Shown one piece after another: positions 30,126-41,435 of a DNA stretch of 64,000 nucleotides. The stretch spans positions 1 through 64,000 of the IMG/VR virus record IMGVR_UViG_2834368228_000004; one strand, written 5' to 3'. The first letter of the stretch is position 1; each line of letters starts with the position of its first letter. The notes below the pieces were generated by a model. It was given only the letters and a program-made list of their open reading frames with translations. It did no database searches and was not told the origin of the DNA. The translations under genes were made by a program, and so were the position numbers. The stretch comes from a virus (Duplodnaviria > Caudoviricetes).

Positions 30126-33100
30126 CTAGAATAAAGCTAGGGCGACTTGGCCTTCTATAACCTGTTCTTTCTTTCTCTTACCTTTATTGTAAGATTTCAC
30201 ATCATCGATAACCTGCATCATCTCATCGAATTTTTCCATATACGCAGCAAGCTCTTGAACAGTTGCTGTACCAGCAGACACTTTATCTTCAAATTCCTTA
30301 ATTAGACCTTGAGCGATTTTCTTAACAGTTTCCATGCCACCCTCAATAGGGTTAACATCATAAAACTCATAGTCCTCATAGTTTGTGCTCTGCAGCTCCT
30401 CATAAGAATGATTTAACCGTTGGAAGCGTTCATGAATTGTATCTACATTATCAAGCTTACCTTCAGATAGAAGCTTCTTAGCAAGTGATTGAAAGCCATC
30501 ATTAGAATCTGCCATCGAACGTAGTCCTTCTTCAGAGAACTTACCTTGCATAGCCATCGCTGAATCAATCTTTGTTGCAATATGTTCAAGGACCTGGTCT
30601 TGAATTGTATTACGATATGAGTATGTTCGTACAATAACGTCCTCTGTTTGCTTGATTCTCCAACTTCTACGTGAAGATTGCATATAATCATATGTGCTGT
30701 AATCTAATTGATAGTACATGATATTAGGGAACATTAAGAGATCCAGTCCTACTTTAACCAATTTAGGATTTGTGACAAGAACATCCCAATCATTTTTTTC
30801 CATCATTTCTTTTAACCAACGTTCACGGTCTTTAGAAGACTTTGGCATACGTATACCATCATAGGTCCCTGATGATTTTAAAATTCCTACATTATATCCT
30901 AATTCTTTTAACTTTTCATAGATATAACTATCTGTAGCATTGAATGAATTAGCACCAGTAAACTTTGTATAAACTAAACATTTTCTGTTTTTCGTATAAA
31001 CTTCTTCATCAATATCTCGCAGCATACGCTGGAACTTAGCTGGGACAAAAGAATCTGCCTCAAATGAGTGTGGAGTTGCAATTACATAGTCATTTCCAAG
31101 ATCATCAAAGCTATTGATTTCAGGAATATTGAATGGTAAATCTGAGTATTGACTCATTAGATTTATATAAGTTGAAACGTATTTCATACCAGACCCTGAA
31201 AAAGCATTTGTACCAATTAAGCTAGTCATATGTTGGTCTAATCGATCATATTCAATACGATGTTCATTATCCATTTCAATGAAGATTGGCTCTTCACGAT
31301 ACGGTGGTAGTGCATATCCTAAATCACTTAATTCTAAGAATGCACAGTTACGCATTAAGTACCTTGGGAATAGATGAGGTGATAGACCAGGCTTTTTAGC
31401 TGAACCTGATTGTCTTCTGTTATCATCGTCACCAACATATTTCTTCTCGAAAACACCATATTTTTTAGTGAAAAGAGATTCATCGGAATATCGGATACCC
31501 TCTTTTAACAATCTGCTAGGATCCAATCTAGCTAAAAGGTAAAATATATCAGAAGCCATACCACCCATTAACGTACCAGTCAACAGAATTTGTTTTTCTG
31601 TATGATTAATTAATTGTCCAAAAGCTTGAGCGATTGAGGAATCTCCTGATTTATATTCATGCACTTCATCAGCAATTAAGTATTGGAAGAACCCTCTACG
31701 TAAGAATTTATTAATTGCCCATGCAGGAGAAACTTTTCTCTTCTTCGAATCCGCTTCTAGCTTTTCAGGCTCCCATAAAACATAGCCACATTTTTGTGTT
31801 TCAGCATTTTTATCTTTAACTTTATGCTTCGGTAAAGTCTTTACAGGAACAGCATTTTGACAAACATAGTTAACAGATTTTCTAACACGTGGTGTCCATT
31901 TACGTCCAGAACGCTGTTCAAAGAATCGTTGTCCAGATGGTACATCTTTCTTTTCATATAGAACTCCACCACATTCTGGGCAGTGATATCCAGTTTCAGT
32001 TGGTGCTAAGACTGTCTGCTCATATCCATTTGCAAAATGAGATTCTTTTTCGAAGCGGACACGAGGTGGCTTATCTTCAAATACTCCATTCTCATTAAAG
32101 TCTGCTTTATATTGAGAGTAATAAGCTTTCGCATCTTCCGAAGAATATCTCCAATCTTTAATTGGGAGCATTGGATATGTGTATTTAGGCAGATCACTAT
32201 TCATAACATAGTACTCAATCTTATTTGGCCTGTATGGCTGATTCTTTAATTTTAATACATCTGTATAGTGAGCAATTTCATAAACTTCACAATTAGGAAT
32301 TCGCTCTTTAATTTCACGTTTCCACTTTTCAACCATAATACTTGGTGAAAAGACCAGTGCTCGATATGGTTTAACAGAACCATCATGACTGCGTACTGAT
32401 TGTGTCACATAAGGAGCCACCATACCCAGAGGGGTTTTTCCGGCGCCCATTTCACCTACTATAAAGCAGTAATCATCTTCTTTTAACGTGTTAGCTACTC
32501 CCATTACAGTATCTGCTTGTGGCGGGAATAGACCAGTTATACCGTTCTGATTAGCTGTTAGATTCACATCTTTAAAAGCTGGGCTATGCCTGTCTTTATG
32601 TGGATCAAAACGAAGAGCAATATTCTGTTGAATACATTCAGCTAAATCTCCTGCAAAATGGCTTAAGTATTGATCAATTGATTCTAGCTTTGATAACACT
32701 TCTTCTTGTGTATCATCTTCTAGGAGTGCAAAATCTAATTCATATGATTGTATTCCATTTGTAATGATATTTTCAAGCTGCTCATCAGTAACCCTTAATA
32801 GACCAGCTTGGATAGGGGATTCATTACCAAACGTATATACAGATAAATACTCAAAATACTCATTTTCAATCATTTCATCTACAATGTACTCTTTCCATTC
32901 TTCAATCATAGGAGTACCATAACGATCATTTAAAATTTTGTAGATTTGAGAATACATGTCACCATCCCAAGCAATAATGAATTCTGCTAAGTCATGAGGT
33001 AATTTTTGACCAGGTGCTGGATGGCCATTTGTTTCAATCCACTGAAAACGTTCACTCGTTTTTTCTTCAATGCTTTTAGAAACAATCAAAGCATGAGAGA

Positions 33101-33416
33101 TATCATCAATTCTTTGAGTATGAACCGTATACTTTTTCTTCTTTGTTTCGGTAAATGCTCGAATTCTTTTGTGATTTTTGTCAAATCGATATCCTTCTGC
33201 TCGATGAATCTCTGCAGTTTTATTTCCATCATTAAATAACCATGCAATTTGTTCTACTTTTGATGGACTGCCACTAATGCTAGCTAAATAAATGTGATCT
33301 GTATTGTTTATAGTTGAACTAATTATTAAATCTGTATAAGCTGTTGTTCGAATACCGTATCGGTTTGACCCATACATGCCAATTTCATAAAGCTCATCTG
33401 AATGAAATGTAGTCAC
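30126..33416 (-). CDS. SNF2-like superfamily 2 helicase
   Basis: GEMGAGKT, IADEVHE, LTGT, VGLDL, QSSRRSWRI. Confidence 0.88.
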   Translation of the reverse strand: MTTFHSDELYEIGMYGSNRYGIRTTAYTDLIISSTINNTDHIYLASISGSPSKVEQIAWLFNDGNKTAEIHRAEGYRFDKNHKRIRAFTETKKKKYTVHTQRIDDISHALIVSKSIEEKTSERFQWIETNGHPAPGQKLPHDLAEFIIAWDGDMYSQIYKILNDRYGTPMIEEWKEYIVDEMIENEYFEYLSVYTFGNESPIQAGLLRVTDEQLENIITNGIQSYELDFALLEDDTQEEVLSKLESIDQYLSHFAGDLAECIQQNIALRFDPHKDRHSPAFKDVNLTANQNGITGLFPPQADTVMGVANTLKEDDYCFIVGEMGAGKTPLGMVAPYVTQSVRSHDGSVKPYRALVFSPSIMVEKWKREIKERIPNCEVYEIAHYTDVLKLKNQPYRPNKIEYYVMNSDLPKYTYPMLPIKDWRYSSEDAKAYYSQYKADFNENGVFEDKPPRVRFEKESHFANGYEQTVLAPTETGYHCPECGGVLYEKKDVPSGQRFFEQRSGRKWTPRVRKSVNYVCQNAVPVKTLPKHKVKDKNAETQKCGYVLWEPEKLEADSKKRKVSPAWAINKFLRRGFFQYLIADEVHEYKSGDSSIAQAFGQLINHTEKQILLTGTLMGGMASDIFYLLARLDPSRLLKEGIRYSDESLFTKKYGVFEKKYVGDDDNRRQSGSAKKPGLSPHLFPRYLMRNCAFLELSDLGYALPPYREEPIFIEMDNEHRIEYDRLDQHMTSLIGTNAFSGSGMKYVSTYINLMSQYSDLPFNIPEINSFDDLGNDYVIATPHSFEADSFVPAKFQRMLRDIDEEVYTKNRKCLVYTKFTGANSFNATDSYIYEKLKELGYNVGILKSSGTYDGIRMPKSSKDRERWLKEMMEKNDWDVLVTNPKLVKVGLDLLMFPNIMYYQLDYSTYDYMQSSRRSWRIKQTEDVIVRTYSYRNTIQDQVLEHIATKIDSAMAMQGKFSEEGLRSMADSNDGFQSLAKKLLSEGKLDNVDTIHERFQRLNHSYEELQSTNYEDYEFYDVNPIEGGMETVKKIAQGLIKEFEDKVSAGTATVQELAAYMEKFDEMMQVIDDVKSYNKGKRKKEQVIEGQVALALF

Positions 33417-33436
33417 AAAAAATCCTCCTTTTTTAT

Positions 33437-34702
33437 TTACATTAATTTATGGAAATTGCCGCTATAATCAAGATATTTTACTGTAATATCATAAAAGTCT
33501 CTTACTTTTGTAGTTGTTTCACCATCTTCATCTTCTTCAATTGTTTCTCTAACTCGCTTTTGAGCTGTTCCTTTTACAAGATGCTGGTTTTCCCCTTTGC
33601 CAATAAATCCATTCAAATGACCTGATGTTAAGAGAAGCATAATATGCCCTTTATGCAAGGCAGTTGGAGCAATTGGATTATCTTCTGTTAATACTTGAGA
33701 ATAACTCTCTTGATAATTATTAATCAAATTACTTTTGTTTAATGCTCCCAAAACTTCTTGGGGTGTAATTGGACCAATACGGAACATCTCAACTGCATCT
33801 TTTGATTGTGTTGGTACAATATAAGAAGCAGCTGCTTGTGGTGAAATTTCCTCAATTTCACGATAGGATGTTAATTTAGTCTCAGCAAGTTGATAACCTT
33901 TGGTTCGATCAATTTTTCCATATTTATTTAATCGCTTTTTAGCAAGAATAATACATTTGTGAGTATAACTATACTCATCTTCCTCCAATCTAATAATCCG
34001 AATATCTTCATACTGATTAGCTAAACGTAATGTTATAGCAGTGTCTATCATCTCTTTTGGAGTAATCATCACAAGAATCCCTCCAGGCATTAGCTGATCC
34101 GTTGCCTTTGCGAGTAAAAAGTTATCTTCACGTTCAAATGTAATGCGCTTCTCTTTCTCTTTTAACACACGTCTAAATGCTAATTTGCGTTCTTTTACAG
34201 CCTTTTCCACTTTCCTCTCAATCTCTTCTGACTGTTTTTTTAATTCTTCTTTACTAATATTTTCAATACCTAAATCAATTTGGTCCACATCTATATTTTG
34301 TCTAACCTTCTCCAATCTTTCTCGTTCTTCAGCTTCAAAGTCGGGCTCAACCAAGTCATCAACTGAAGAAAAAATTTCATCAGTAACTACTTTATTAATA
34401 AACGGATCTACAATAGCAAGTGAAAAGGCTTCTTTTGAGATACGAGATTCTGCCTTATAATGTGAATGAGACACCTTTTCAAAGTCTCCACTATCATTCA
34501 TGGATTCTGCAAGATACAATTCATTTGTAGCTCCATATAAATGCTTATTACCTTCATGCTTCTTAGTTAAAAGCTTAATAGTTTCTCCATTACGTGCACG
34601 ATAATCAACAGCAGTTATTGGTTGATTCTTCGGAAAATCGAGGTACATGGATAAAATCTTTGTAGCATAATTACTCAATGGTCTATTCAAATCGTAATGC
34701 AT
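33437..34702 (-). CDS. DUF6094-like methyltransferase-fold protein, apparently degenerate
   Basis: AVDYRARNG (motif I-like), IVDPF (motif IV-like), LMPGGILVMITP, LHKGHIMLLLTSGHLNG; precedes the SNF2 helicase. Confidence 0.6.
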   Translation of the reverse strand: MHYDLNRPLSNYATKILSMYLDFPKNQPITAVDYRARNGETIKLLTKKHEGNKHLYGATNELYLAESMNDSGDFEKVSHSHYKAESRISKEAFSLAIVDPFINKVVTDEIFSSVDDLVEPDFEAEERERLEKVRQNIDVDQIDLGIENISKEELKKQSEEIERKVEKAVKERKLAFRRVLKEKEKRITFEREDNFLLAKATDQLMPGGILVMITPKEMIDTAITLRLANQYEDIRIIRLEEDEYSYTHKCIILAKKRLNKYGKIDRTKGYQLAETKLTSYREIEEISPQAAASYIVPTQSKDAVEMFRIGPITPQEVLGALNKSNLINNYQESYSQVLTEDNPIAPTALHKGHIMLLLTSGHLNGFIGKGENQHLVKGTAQKRVRETIEEDEDGETTTKVRDFYDITVKYLDYSGNFHKLM

Positions 34703-34719
34703 TTCAAATTCCCCCTTTT

Positions 34720-35136
34720 TTATTTATAAACAATATATTGCTTCAAATCTTGAATAACCGCATCAATTAAAGCGATAGGAACACCGGCATTAATAAATCC
34801 GAAAACATGCTTTAGTTTACGTCCATGATAAGATTTCTTATCAACAAAAATATCTCTAAATTCAGAAGGGCTATCTTTCTTTTCCGTTTCTGTAATAACA
34901 AAAGGAACAGGTGAGCTTAATTCATAAAATGAATCAGACTGAAGCTCAAAACGAACCAATACTCGATACCAACTCCCTTCGATATTGAAACGTTTATTCA
35001 AAATTTGAAACTTATTAGATGCCCTGTGATCACGGTACCAGCCTGCTTGAATCATATTGGGAAAAGTACCCTTATGAATATCTTTAAGTTTAACAGGTGA
35101 TGATAAATATAAATAAGCTGTAGCTAAATCCATCAT
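34720..35136 (-). CDS. Hypothetical protein
   Basis: AGGAG RBS; promoter with palindrome upstream. Confidence 0.55.
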   Translation of the reverse strand: MMDLATAYLYLSSPVKLKDIHKGTFPNMIQAGWYRDHRASNKFQILNKRFNIEGSWYRVLVRFELQSDSFYELSSPVPFVITETEKKDSPSEFRDIFVDKKSYHGRKLKHVFGFINAGVPIALIDAVIQDLKQYIVYK

Positions 35137-35153
35137 TGTCTAACACTCCTATA

Positions 35154-35169
35154 ATGTAATGCATTACAT
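35154..35169. promoter_or_regulatory. Perfect 16-bp palindrome ATGTAATGCATTACAT (putative operator)
   Basis: Directly downstream of a minus-strand TGTTATAAT; variants recur at other promoters. Confidence 0.75.
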
Positions 35170-35235
35170 ATTATAACATGAAAATAGCGATCTGCGAACA
35201 AAAATCCACAAATCGCTAAAGAATTTAAGAGTATG

Positions 35236-35667
35236 CTATGAATTTTTCAGTTTTCCTGCCATATCCTCAATAAGATCTTGTGCGCTTTTATATCCTTTTG
35301 GATTAATTTTCATATTATAGTATGCAAATGATAAAACTGTTTCGATCAGTTGTGATTTTGTAATAGGATTACCACCATTTTTCCTATTCTGTTTACTAAA
35401 ATTAGATAAAAAATCATTTAAATCATAATTGTATAATTGCAAGTTAGTAGCAATTGGCATGATACCATAAGCTTCTTCACTTGCATCTGGATGTTTCACT
35501 TGTATTGCTTTACTAGGTAATTTGCTTGACTCCACTTCAATTGTTTGACTTTGTATAGGTTCTACTGCAGGTTTAGTTTCTGCTTTATTCACCTGTACTG
35601 TAGGTTGTATTACAGCAGATCCTTGTTGATGTGCTTGTCTTAGTAAGTCTTTTGCTCCCATAATCAC
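35236..35667 (-). CDS. Hypothetical protein, possibly DNA-binding
   Basis: Disordered N-terminus and ITKSQLIETVL helix. Confidence 0.45.
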   Translation of the reverse strand: MIMGAKDLLRQAHQQGSAVIQPTVQVNKAETKPAVEPIQSQTIEVESSKLPSKAIQVKHPDASEEAYGIMPIATNLQLYNYDLNDFLSNFSKQNRKNGGNPITKSQLIETVLSFAYYNMKINPKGYKSAQDLIEDMAGKLKNS

Positions 35668-35748
35668 TCCTCCTATCGTTATGTATTATTTAATCATACC
35701 TAACGATTTAAAAGCAACTTTTTGTAAGGAAATATATTGTGTTATAAT

Positions 35749-36420
35749 TTATACAGGCTGTGGTATATTTTGATTTTGTGTATTACTTTGGTTGAGAAGT
35801 GCTTGCAGTCTATTCTCTACAGCCATGAGTTCTTCTAACGATAGTTCGTGGAAATTAGAAAACGGTCGGACTGATTGTGCACACACATTTTGTAAGTATT
35901 CTCCTGTATATCCTAATTGATTTAATTGTATAATAAGATTATTAACATGGTTATCATGCTGCTGTCGTTGTTTTCTTGCTTCTTCTACATATTGCACTTT
36001 TTCCATTTCTTCCTTAGAAGCAGAATTAGAATGATATCCAAGGTTATCTAAAGCTCGGCCAACTGCAGATTCTTCCGCATTTTCTACCCAAGCATTTCGG
36101 TCTGCACCATTTCCACCGGCAATTGATAAAGAGTATCCAGCAGCATCAGATTTTGCTAAGATTGCAATGGAAGACATAATTGTTCCAGCATTTTGTTGTG
36201 TTGCCTTTTGCGCTATATTCGATATACTTTCTATTGCTTCAACAGATAATTCATCTCTTACCTTTTTGTCTTTCCATATAAGAGCTCCAATTAATGCGTA
36301 ATTGAAGGACTGAGTTGGATCTGACAAGAACATAGGTAAAATAAGGCTGTCAGGAAAATCATTTTTTAATCGTGATTTTCTTTCTTTGACTGTTTCATAG
36401 TTTTCTAATTTCTTGGCCAT
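35749..36420 (-). CDS. Possible single-strand annealing protein (Rad52/Sak-like)
   Basis: YETVKER and VENAEESAVGRALDNLG motifs. Confidence 0.5.
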   Translation of the reverse strand: MAKKLENYETVKERKSRLKNDFPDSLILPMFLSDPTQSFNYALIGALIWKDKKVRDELSVEAIESISNIAQKATQQNAGTIMSSIAILAKSDAAGYSLSIAGGNGADRNAWVENAEESAVGRALDNLGYHSNSASKEEMEKVQYVEEARKQRQQHDNHVNNLIIQLNQLGYTGEYLQNVCAQSVRPFSNFHELSLEELMAVENRLQALLNQSNTQNQNIPQPV

Positions 36421-36422
36421 AT

Positions 36423-36950
36423 CTATTCTCCTTTTGTATATTCTGATATATCTTTAATGCGACCAGATTTAACAGGATCGTTTTCACGTACTAACTTAGC
36501 GATAGATATTAGAGCTGACTCCGCTGTGTTACTACCAATTCCGTTCGCAAAATCCGTAACAATATCATGAATATCATTTACTCTTAGTAAATGCTCTCCA
36601 ACATGATTGCAATAAATGGCTTTATCAAAATCCTTACGGGAATATTGAATTAAGGATGCACCATTAATGGTTTTGTGATAATCAAATGGAATGTTATTCT
36701 TTTTCAAAAAAACTGGAAATGTATTTGTTAAATAACCTGATTTGACTGCTACTAAGCCATTATTGCGAACAATAGATTTAGTAGAATGGCTCTTTTCAAT
36801 TGCAGATAAATATGTTTCCAATACTTCTGTTATATAAATTTCTGGAAAAATGATTAAATGATTCATATTAAAAATCTCCTTATGTCTGAAAAGCTGTTGT
36901 AAGTTGCTGATCGTATCTTGCTTGCCTAAGTTTTTCTTTAATTGCATCAT
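36423..36950 (-). CDS. Hypothetical protein
   Basis: ORF track; true start probably near 36866. Confidence 0.5.
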   Translation of the reverse strand: MMQLKKNLGKQDTISNLQQLFRHKEIFNMNHLIIFPEIYITEVLETYLSAIEKSHSTKSIVRNNGLVAVKSGYLTNTFPVFLKKNNIPFDYHKTINGASLIQYSRKDFDKAIYCNHVGEHLLRVNDIHDIVTDFANGIGSNTAESALISIAKLVRENDPVKSGRIKDISEYTKGE

Positions 36951-38902
36951 AAGATACTACCATTAAATCGGATATTTGACGAATATATAAATCTAACTCT
37001 ATAGGATCCTGGATCGTTAAAAGAACACCGATTATCTTGCTCAAACGCTCCTGTTGGGTTTGATTGATTTCATTGTAATGGTAAAGAATATTTTCTTGTG
37101 TTTCCTTATACACTTTAGTTATCTTATATTGACTTATTGGCTGTGTAAATTTATGAATATGATTTAATAAGCTTTCATTATAGTAGCCAAAAGAGATACA
37201 TAAAGAATCAGGATCCATACCATTTTCTAATGGATAGATAAATGTCTCAATATTATGTGCAGCTAATAGCTTATCATCTCTTTCTGCAGCTATTATACCA
37301 GCTGGGTCCAGTTTGTTATCGTAAGGTTTTTTATCCTTACTTCTAGCCCATTACAGACTAGCTCGGCATATCTCTTCACCCACATCACTATATGTTTGGG
37401 TGGTGCGGCCTCGTGCCAGGATTATAGTCTGTTACTACAGGTTCACCTGGTATGCTCTGCCCCTGACTAAATCTTTACATTTAGCCTTCGGTTCGGGTTG
37501 CCCTTTCAATCAGGGAGGGTTTTCCCGCTTAGTTCCGCACTTATAATTCAACTAATTTCTTAATTGAACGGCAACACTTCATTATCGGTTAATAAGCGAA
37601 ATAAATCGTTCACGTTTCCTTGGAAGAGAAAAAGTTGAATCCTTATAAACATAATTATAAAACTTTAAAGCATTTCCTCTACCGCAATACTTTAAGTTAT
37701 ATATATTATCTCCATTTTTCTTTCTCTTAGTAAACTTTACGTTTGGATTTAAACCAGCTTCTTGAAGGTGACTTCTAATGTTTGAAAGTAAATTGTAAGT
37801 TCCGTCCACTGAGTAATGCCACATTCTTTTTCAATTTCAGGATTCCTACATCCATTTAAGTACATTTCAATAATCTTTTTTTCAATCTCTGGCTTAATTT
37901 TATTCCGTGTCAATTTATCTCATCCTTTGTCTCTTTGAGGTGTTTTTTATACATCTCAAGTATAACAAATAATTAACTGAAAATAAAGAAAATTCTACCA
38001 TCTCTCATTAGGATGACCTTCTTTGCCCCGGCACGCTTTAACAATTCAATCTGTGCTTGAGATAAAGCAACTCCCATTGTGGATACAGCATGCTTTAATC
38101 CATGACGATGTAAACTGATAACATCGGTCCATCCTTCAACAATTACAGCAGTTTTTGCTTCTCTTATATACTCTTTAGCGATGTGCATACCATATAGATG
38201 GTTTCTTTTATCAAAATTCTTCATGTCTTTATATTTTGGTACGAAGGATTTTCCATTACTTTTATTCTCTACATTTAATTCGTTTAATACACTTTGACCA
38301 AAAGGAACACGGCCAGTAAAAGAAACGATTTCACCGTGATAGTTAAACATAGGAAAAACAATTCGATTCTTTACATTAATAAAATTAGAATGAGGTTCTT
38401 TACCTCCATAGCCAAGTTTCCAAACCTTCATATCTAAGTGTGTAATACCACGATTACCTAAATACTGTAGAGACCTTTGATGTTCGCATAAATTCATATG
38501 AAATGCTTCTGAAACACGACTCATTAAATTAAAATAATCTCTTCTTTGATTAACAGCAGCTTGTTCTTCAGGCGACAATTGAGGGAGTGGGATTCCAACC
38601 ATTGACGCAAGCATTTCTACAGATTCTCCAAATGTAATGTTATTTATATGTTTTAAGAAAGATATGACATCACATGCAGTTACTTCCGAATGATTCTTGC
38701 TACCGGCTCCGCAAGCATGACAATAAAATGTATTATTATCAGAATTAACTTGCATGCTCGGTGTCTGATCATCATGAAAAGGACAGATGGCCAGATGAGA
38801 ATGCCCCATTTGCTCAACTTGGATATATTGAGACATAATATCAACAATATTAGCTCGCTGCTTTAATTCTTCAATAAACTCTGAGGGATAGTGTTGTGCC
38901 AT
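36880..38902 (-). CDS. dnaG: DNA primase, split by a group I intron (exons 38902-37997 and 37308-36880, about 444 aa)
   Basis: CPFH...CHAC zinc finger, VEGWTD; splicing restores TOPRIM RDG|DPAG in frame. Confidence 0.93.
37309..37996 (-). mobile_element. Group I intron in dnaG (688 nt) with a decayed homing endonuclease
   Basis: Exon 1 ends GGT and intron ends G; IGS GCCGTT pairs with GATGGT; P7-type GCATA/TATGC pairing; GC-rich structured core. Confidence 0.88.
37582..37913 (-). pseudogene. Internally deleted LAGLIDADG-type endonuclease remnant
   Basis: HTH-like N-terminal fragment from TTG 37913 (KKIIEMYLNG...EIEKECGIT) out of frame with the C-terminal FYNYVYKDSTFSLPRK fragment. Confidence 0.7.
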
Positions 38903-38949
38903 TTATGTGAAGCACCTCCTACTGTAAGATTGCAATAAAAATCTTTCTG

Positions 38950-40270
38950 TAATTAATAACTTAAAATTATTTTCTCATCATCATCTGAATCTAACTCAAC
39001 TTCATCAAGAGGAGCTTCTATATTTCTTACTGCTAATGCAACTTCATAATTTTGAGGATAGCATTTCAATTCATCAATCAATTTCTCTACTGTCCATTTC
39101 TCCTTCAAATCGATTCACTCCTTTATTTCATATATTAGATGAAATCATCTATCTTTTTTGCTGTTTGATTAAAACATCAAATTTTTATTGGATTGACTAT
39201 TCATATCTGGGTTGGCCAATAATATTTACTAGGACTCTTTTTTGCTTGTGAGTAAGGGGGACTCCTGTTTTGGCTTTATTATAAACATCTGTAGCCATAT
39301 CTTTATAATCATTATCAGGTATATCTAAATTTAATTCATCAATTATTTGAACTAATGTTTCTTTACTTAATGATTGTAGTTGAGTATATATCCATTCAAT
39401 CTGTGATAGGTAAGACATTTCTATTACCCCCCCTTATTTCACATTCTATTCGGACTTTTAATTAAAACCTTTCTGTCAGCAGTACATCTTGTTCGTGAGT
39501 AGGTTTGTCGCTTTCGATTCTAAACAACTTATTCACAGCTGCTTTATCGCCTTCATCATTCAAAAGATACACTGTTGCGTTTGGATTTCTAACCTGTAAT
39601 TCTTCTATCAATTGTTTTACTTTCATCATCTACACTCCTCCGCATTTTCTGTCAAATTCGAATTTTAGTCGGACTACTAAATAACATTCCGTTCAGCTAT
39701 CCAGCATTCGTCTCTGAATTTCTTTTGTTTAAGAGATTCTTCACGACAATTGAATGCCTTGCCTTCGTCAGCAAATACACCTTTTATCTCAATCTGATGG
39801 TCTCTCAAATAATGTTCATACAAGACGATAAAAACAGTCATTTTATTTCACCTCTCCTGTCGCATCTTCTATCGACTTCGAATTTTAATCGGAATTTGGA
39901 TTACTTAAAGACCGTAATTTTCTCCAAAATCAGCTAAATGGTCTTGCAAAAACTCTGCAAACTCTTCAATAAATTGAGGGTCATTAACCATCTTTTTTAC
40001 GCCTTCTTTTGTCTTTTCAACGTTTGATGATACGTGCATCCCTTCATCGTCTAAATACTCCAACATATGTTCCATAGTGATTTCATAAGCGTTTCTAATA
40101 TCCATATTTTTAGCTCCTTTACTCTACATTTTTTATCGAATATAAATCAAATCGTTTCAAATATTATATATCATTCATAATAAGTTGCATTTCATAGATT
40201 GCTTTTTTAGACAAGGACTGTTTATCCTTGTTTAACCACTCTTCACGCTTTTTCAAATTTGCTCATTTAA
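38950..40270 (-). other. Array of small hypothetical genes
   Basis: Several short co-oriented ORFs with RBSs. Confidence 0.55.
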
Positions 40271-40335
40271 TATCTCCCCTTTTCTCACTAGGAGAAGTAG
40301 TCTCTAAAACATGCCGATAGGCAGTAAAGAAATTA

Positions 40336-41343
40336 CTACTCTAAGTTTAGAACATATCGAAATGCATCATTAATTAACTTTGTAATAGTATTTCTGAATT
40401 CTATTCGAGATAAGGCTAAAGCATGGTTTGGTTGATCTAAGAAACTATCCAATACACTTATAATATTTTGTTGAGCTAAGCGGATTCTCTTAGGATCTAA
40501 ATCAAACTTACCTCTATTATTATCCAATTCGCTACGAAGAATTTCATTTTCTTCTTGTAGTTTTGTCTTTTCTTCAAGATAAACATTACGCTCGTCAATT
40601 AACTGTTGAATTAATTCTTTGTTTTGAATGGTAGAAAGTTGTTCAGATAAGTCTTTTAAGTAAATAATATTTTGATGGATACTTTCATTCATAACAGCTA
40701 AGACTTCTCTATCCTGATGTGTCAATAAATTCTCTGGTGTAGGAACATGAGAAGATTGTTTTAAAAACAATTGAATTTTGTCATCAAGATTTAAATCGCC
40801 AGCGGAAAAGTCAATGCTCTTTTGAGGAACAAATTCTTTTTGCTTATCTGATTCTTCCTCATTTATTGCTGGCTCCTCTATGTGCTCTTCTACTTTATTT
40901 TCTGTTTTAATTTCATCTTCAACATTATCTTTAACAGGAGCTTCTTGTTCAACTTCTTCCACTTGCTGTCCCTGTTGTTCTTCCTTTTTTGAATTACTTT
41001 CAACAGTATCTAAAGCATTAGAGAAATCTTTCATTTTCTCTTGTAGTATAGTTCTATATTGATCTATATTGCCAGAGGTGAATATCTTTTTCTCAGGTAA
41101 GGCTTCTTGTTTCGAATCAGGCAAATAATAAAATTTACGATTATATTTTCCACGTTTATTTGAAAGTAACAAGCGTCCTTCATTTACAAGATTTTTAATA
41201 TGATAGTCAACTGTAGGACCTTTAACTCCATATTTTTTAGCTATCTCAGCAGTATTTATGAAGACTTCATCTTCGTTTCCATTTTCAAAAATATCAAGTA
41301 CATCATTATAAATTGTTTCTCTGTTTAATTGTTTTGAAGACAT
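40336..41343 (-). CDS. Winged-HTH and coiled-coil protein
   Basis: TAEIAKKYGVKGPTVDYHIKNLVNEG; its TTGACT-17-TATAAT promoter is flanked by the inverted repeat AGGTACTAAC/GTTAGTACCT. Confidence 0.65.
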   Translation of the reverse strand: MSSKQLNRETIYNDVLDIFENGNEDEVFINTAEIAKKYGVKGPTVDYHIKNLVNEGRLLLSNKRGKYNRKFYYLPDSKQEALPEKKIFTSGNIDQYRTILQEKMKDFSNALDTVESNSKKEEQQGQQVEEVEQEAPVKDNVEDEIKTENKVEEHIEEPAINEEESDKQKEFVPQKSIDFSAGDLNLDDKIQLFLKQSSHVPTPENLLTHQDREVLAVMNESIHQNIIYLKDLSEQLSTIQNKELIQQLIDERNVYLEEKTKLQEENEILRSELDNNRGKFDLDPKRIRLAQQNIISVLDSFLDQPNHALALSRIEFRNTITKLINDAFRYVLNLE

Positions 41344-41435
41344 CTAAATTCCACCTCTCAAAAAGTTAGGTACTAACCATTATATACATGTCTCTGCAAA
41401 TATAGTCAAGTTAGTACCTGTAATGAGATTATATT

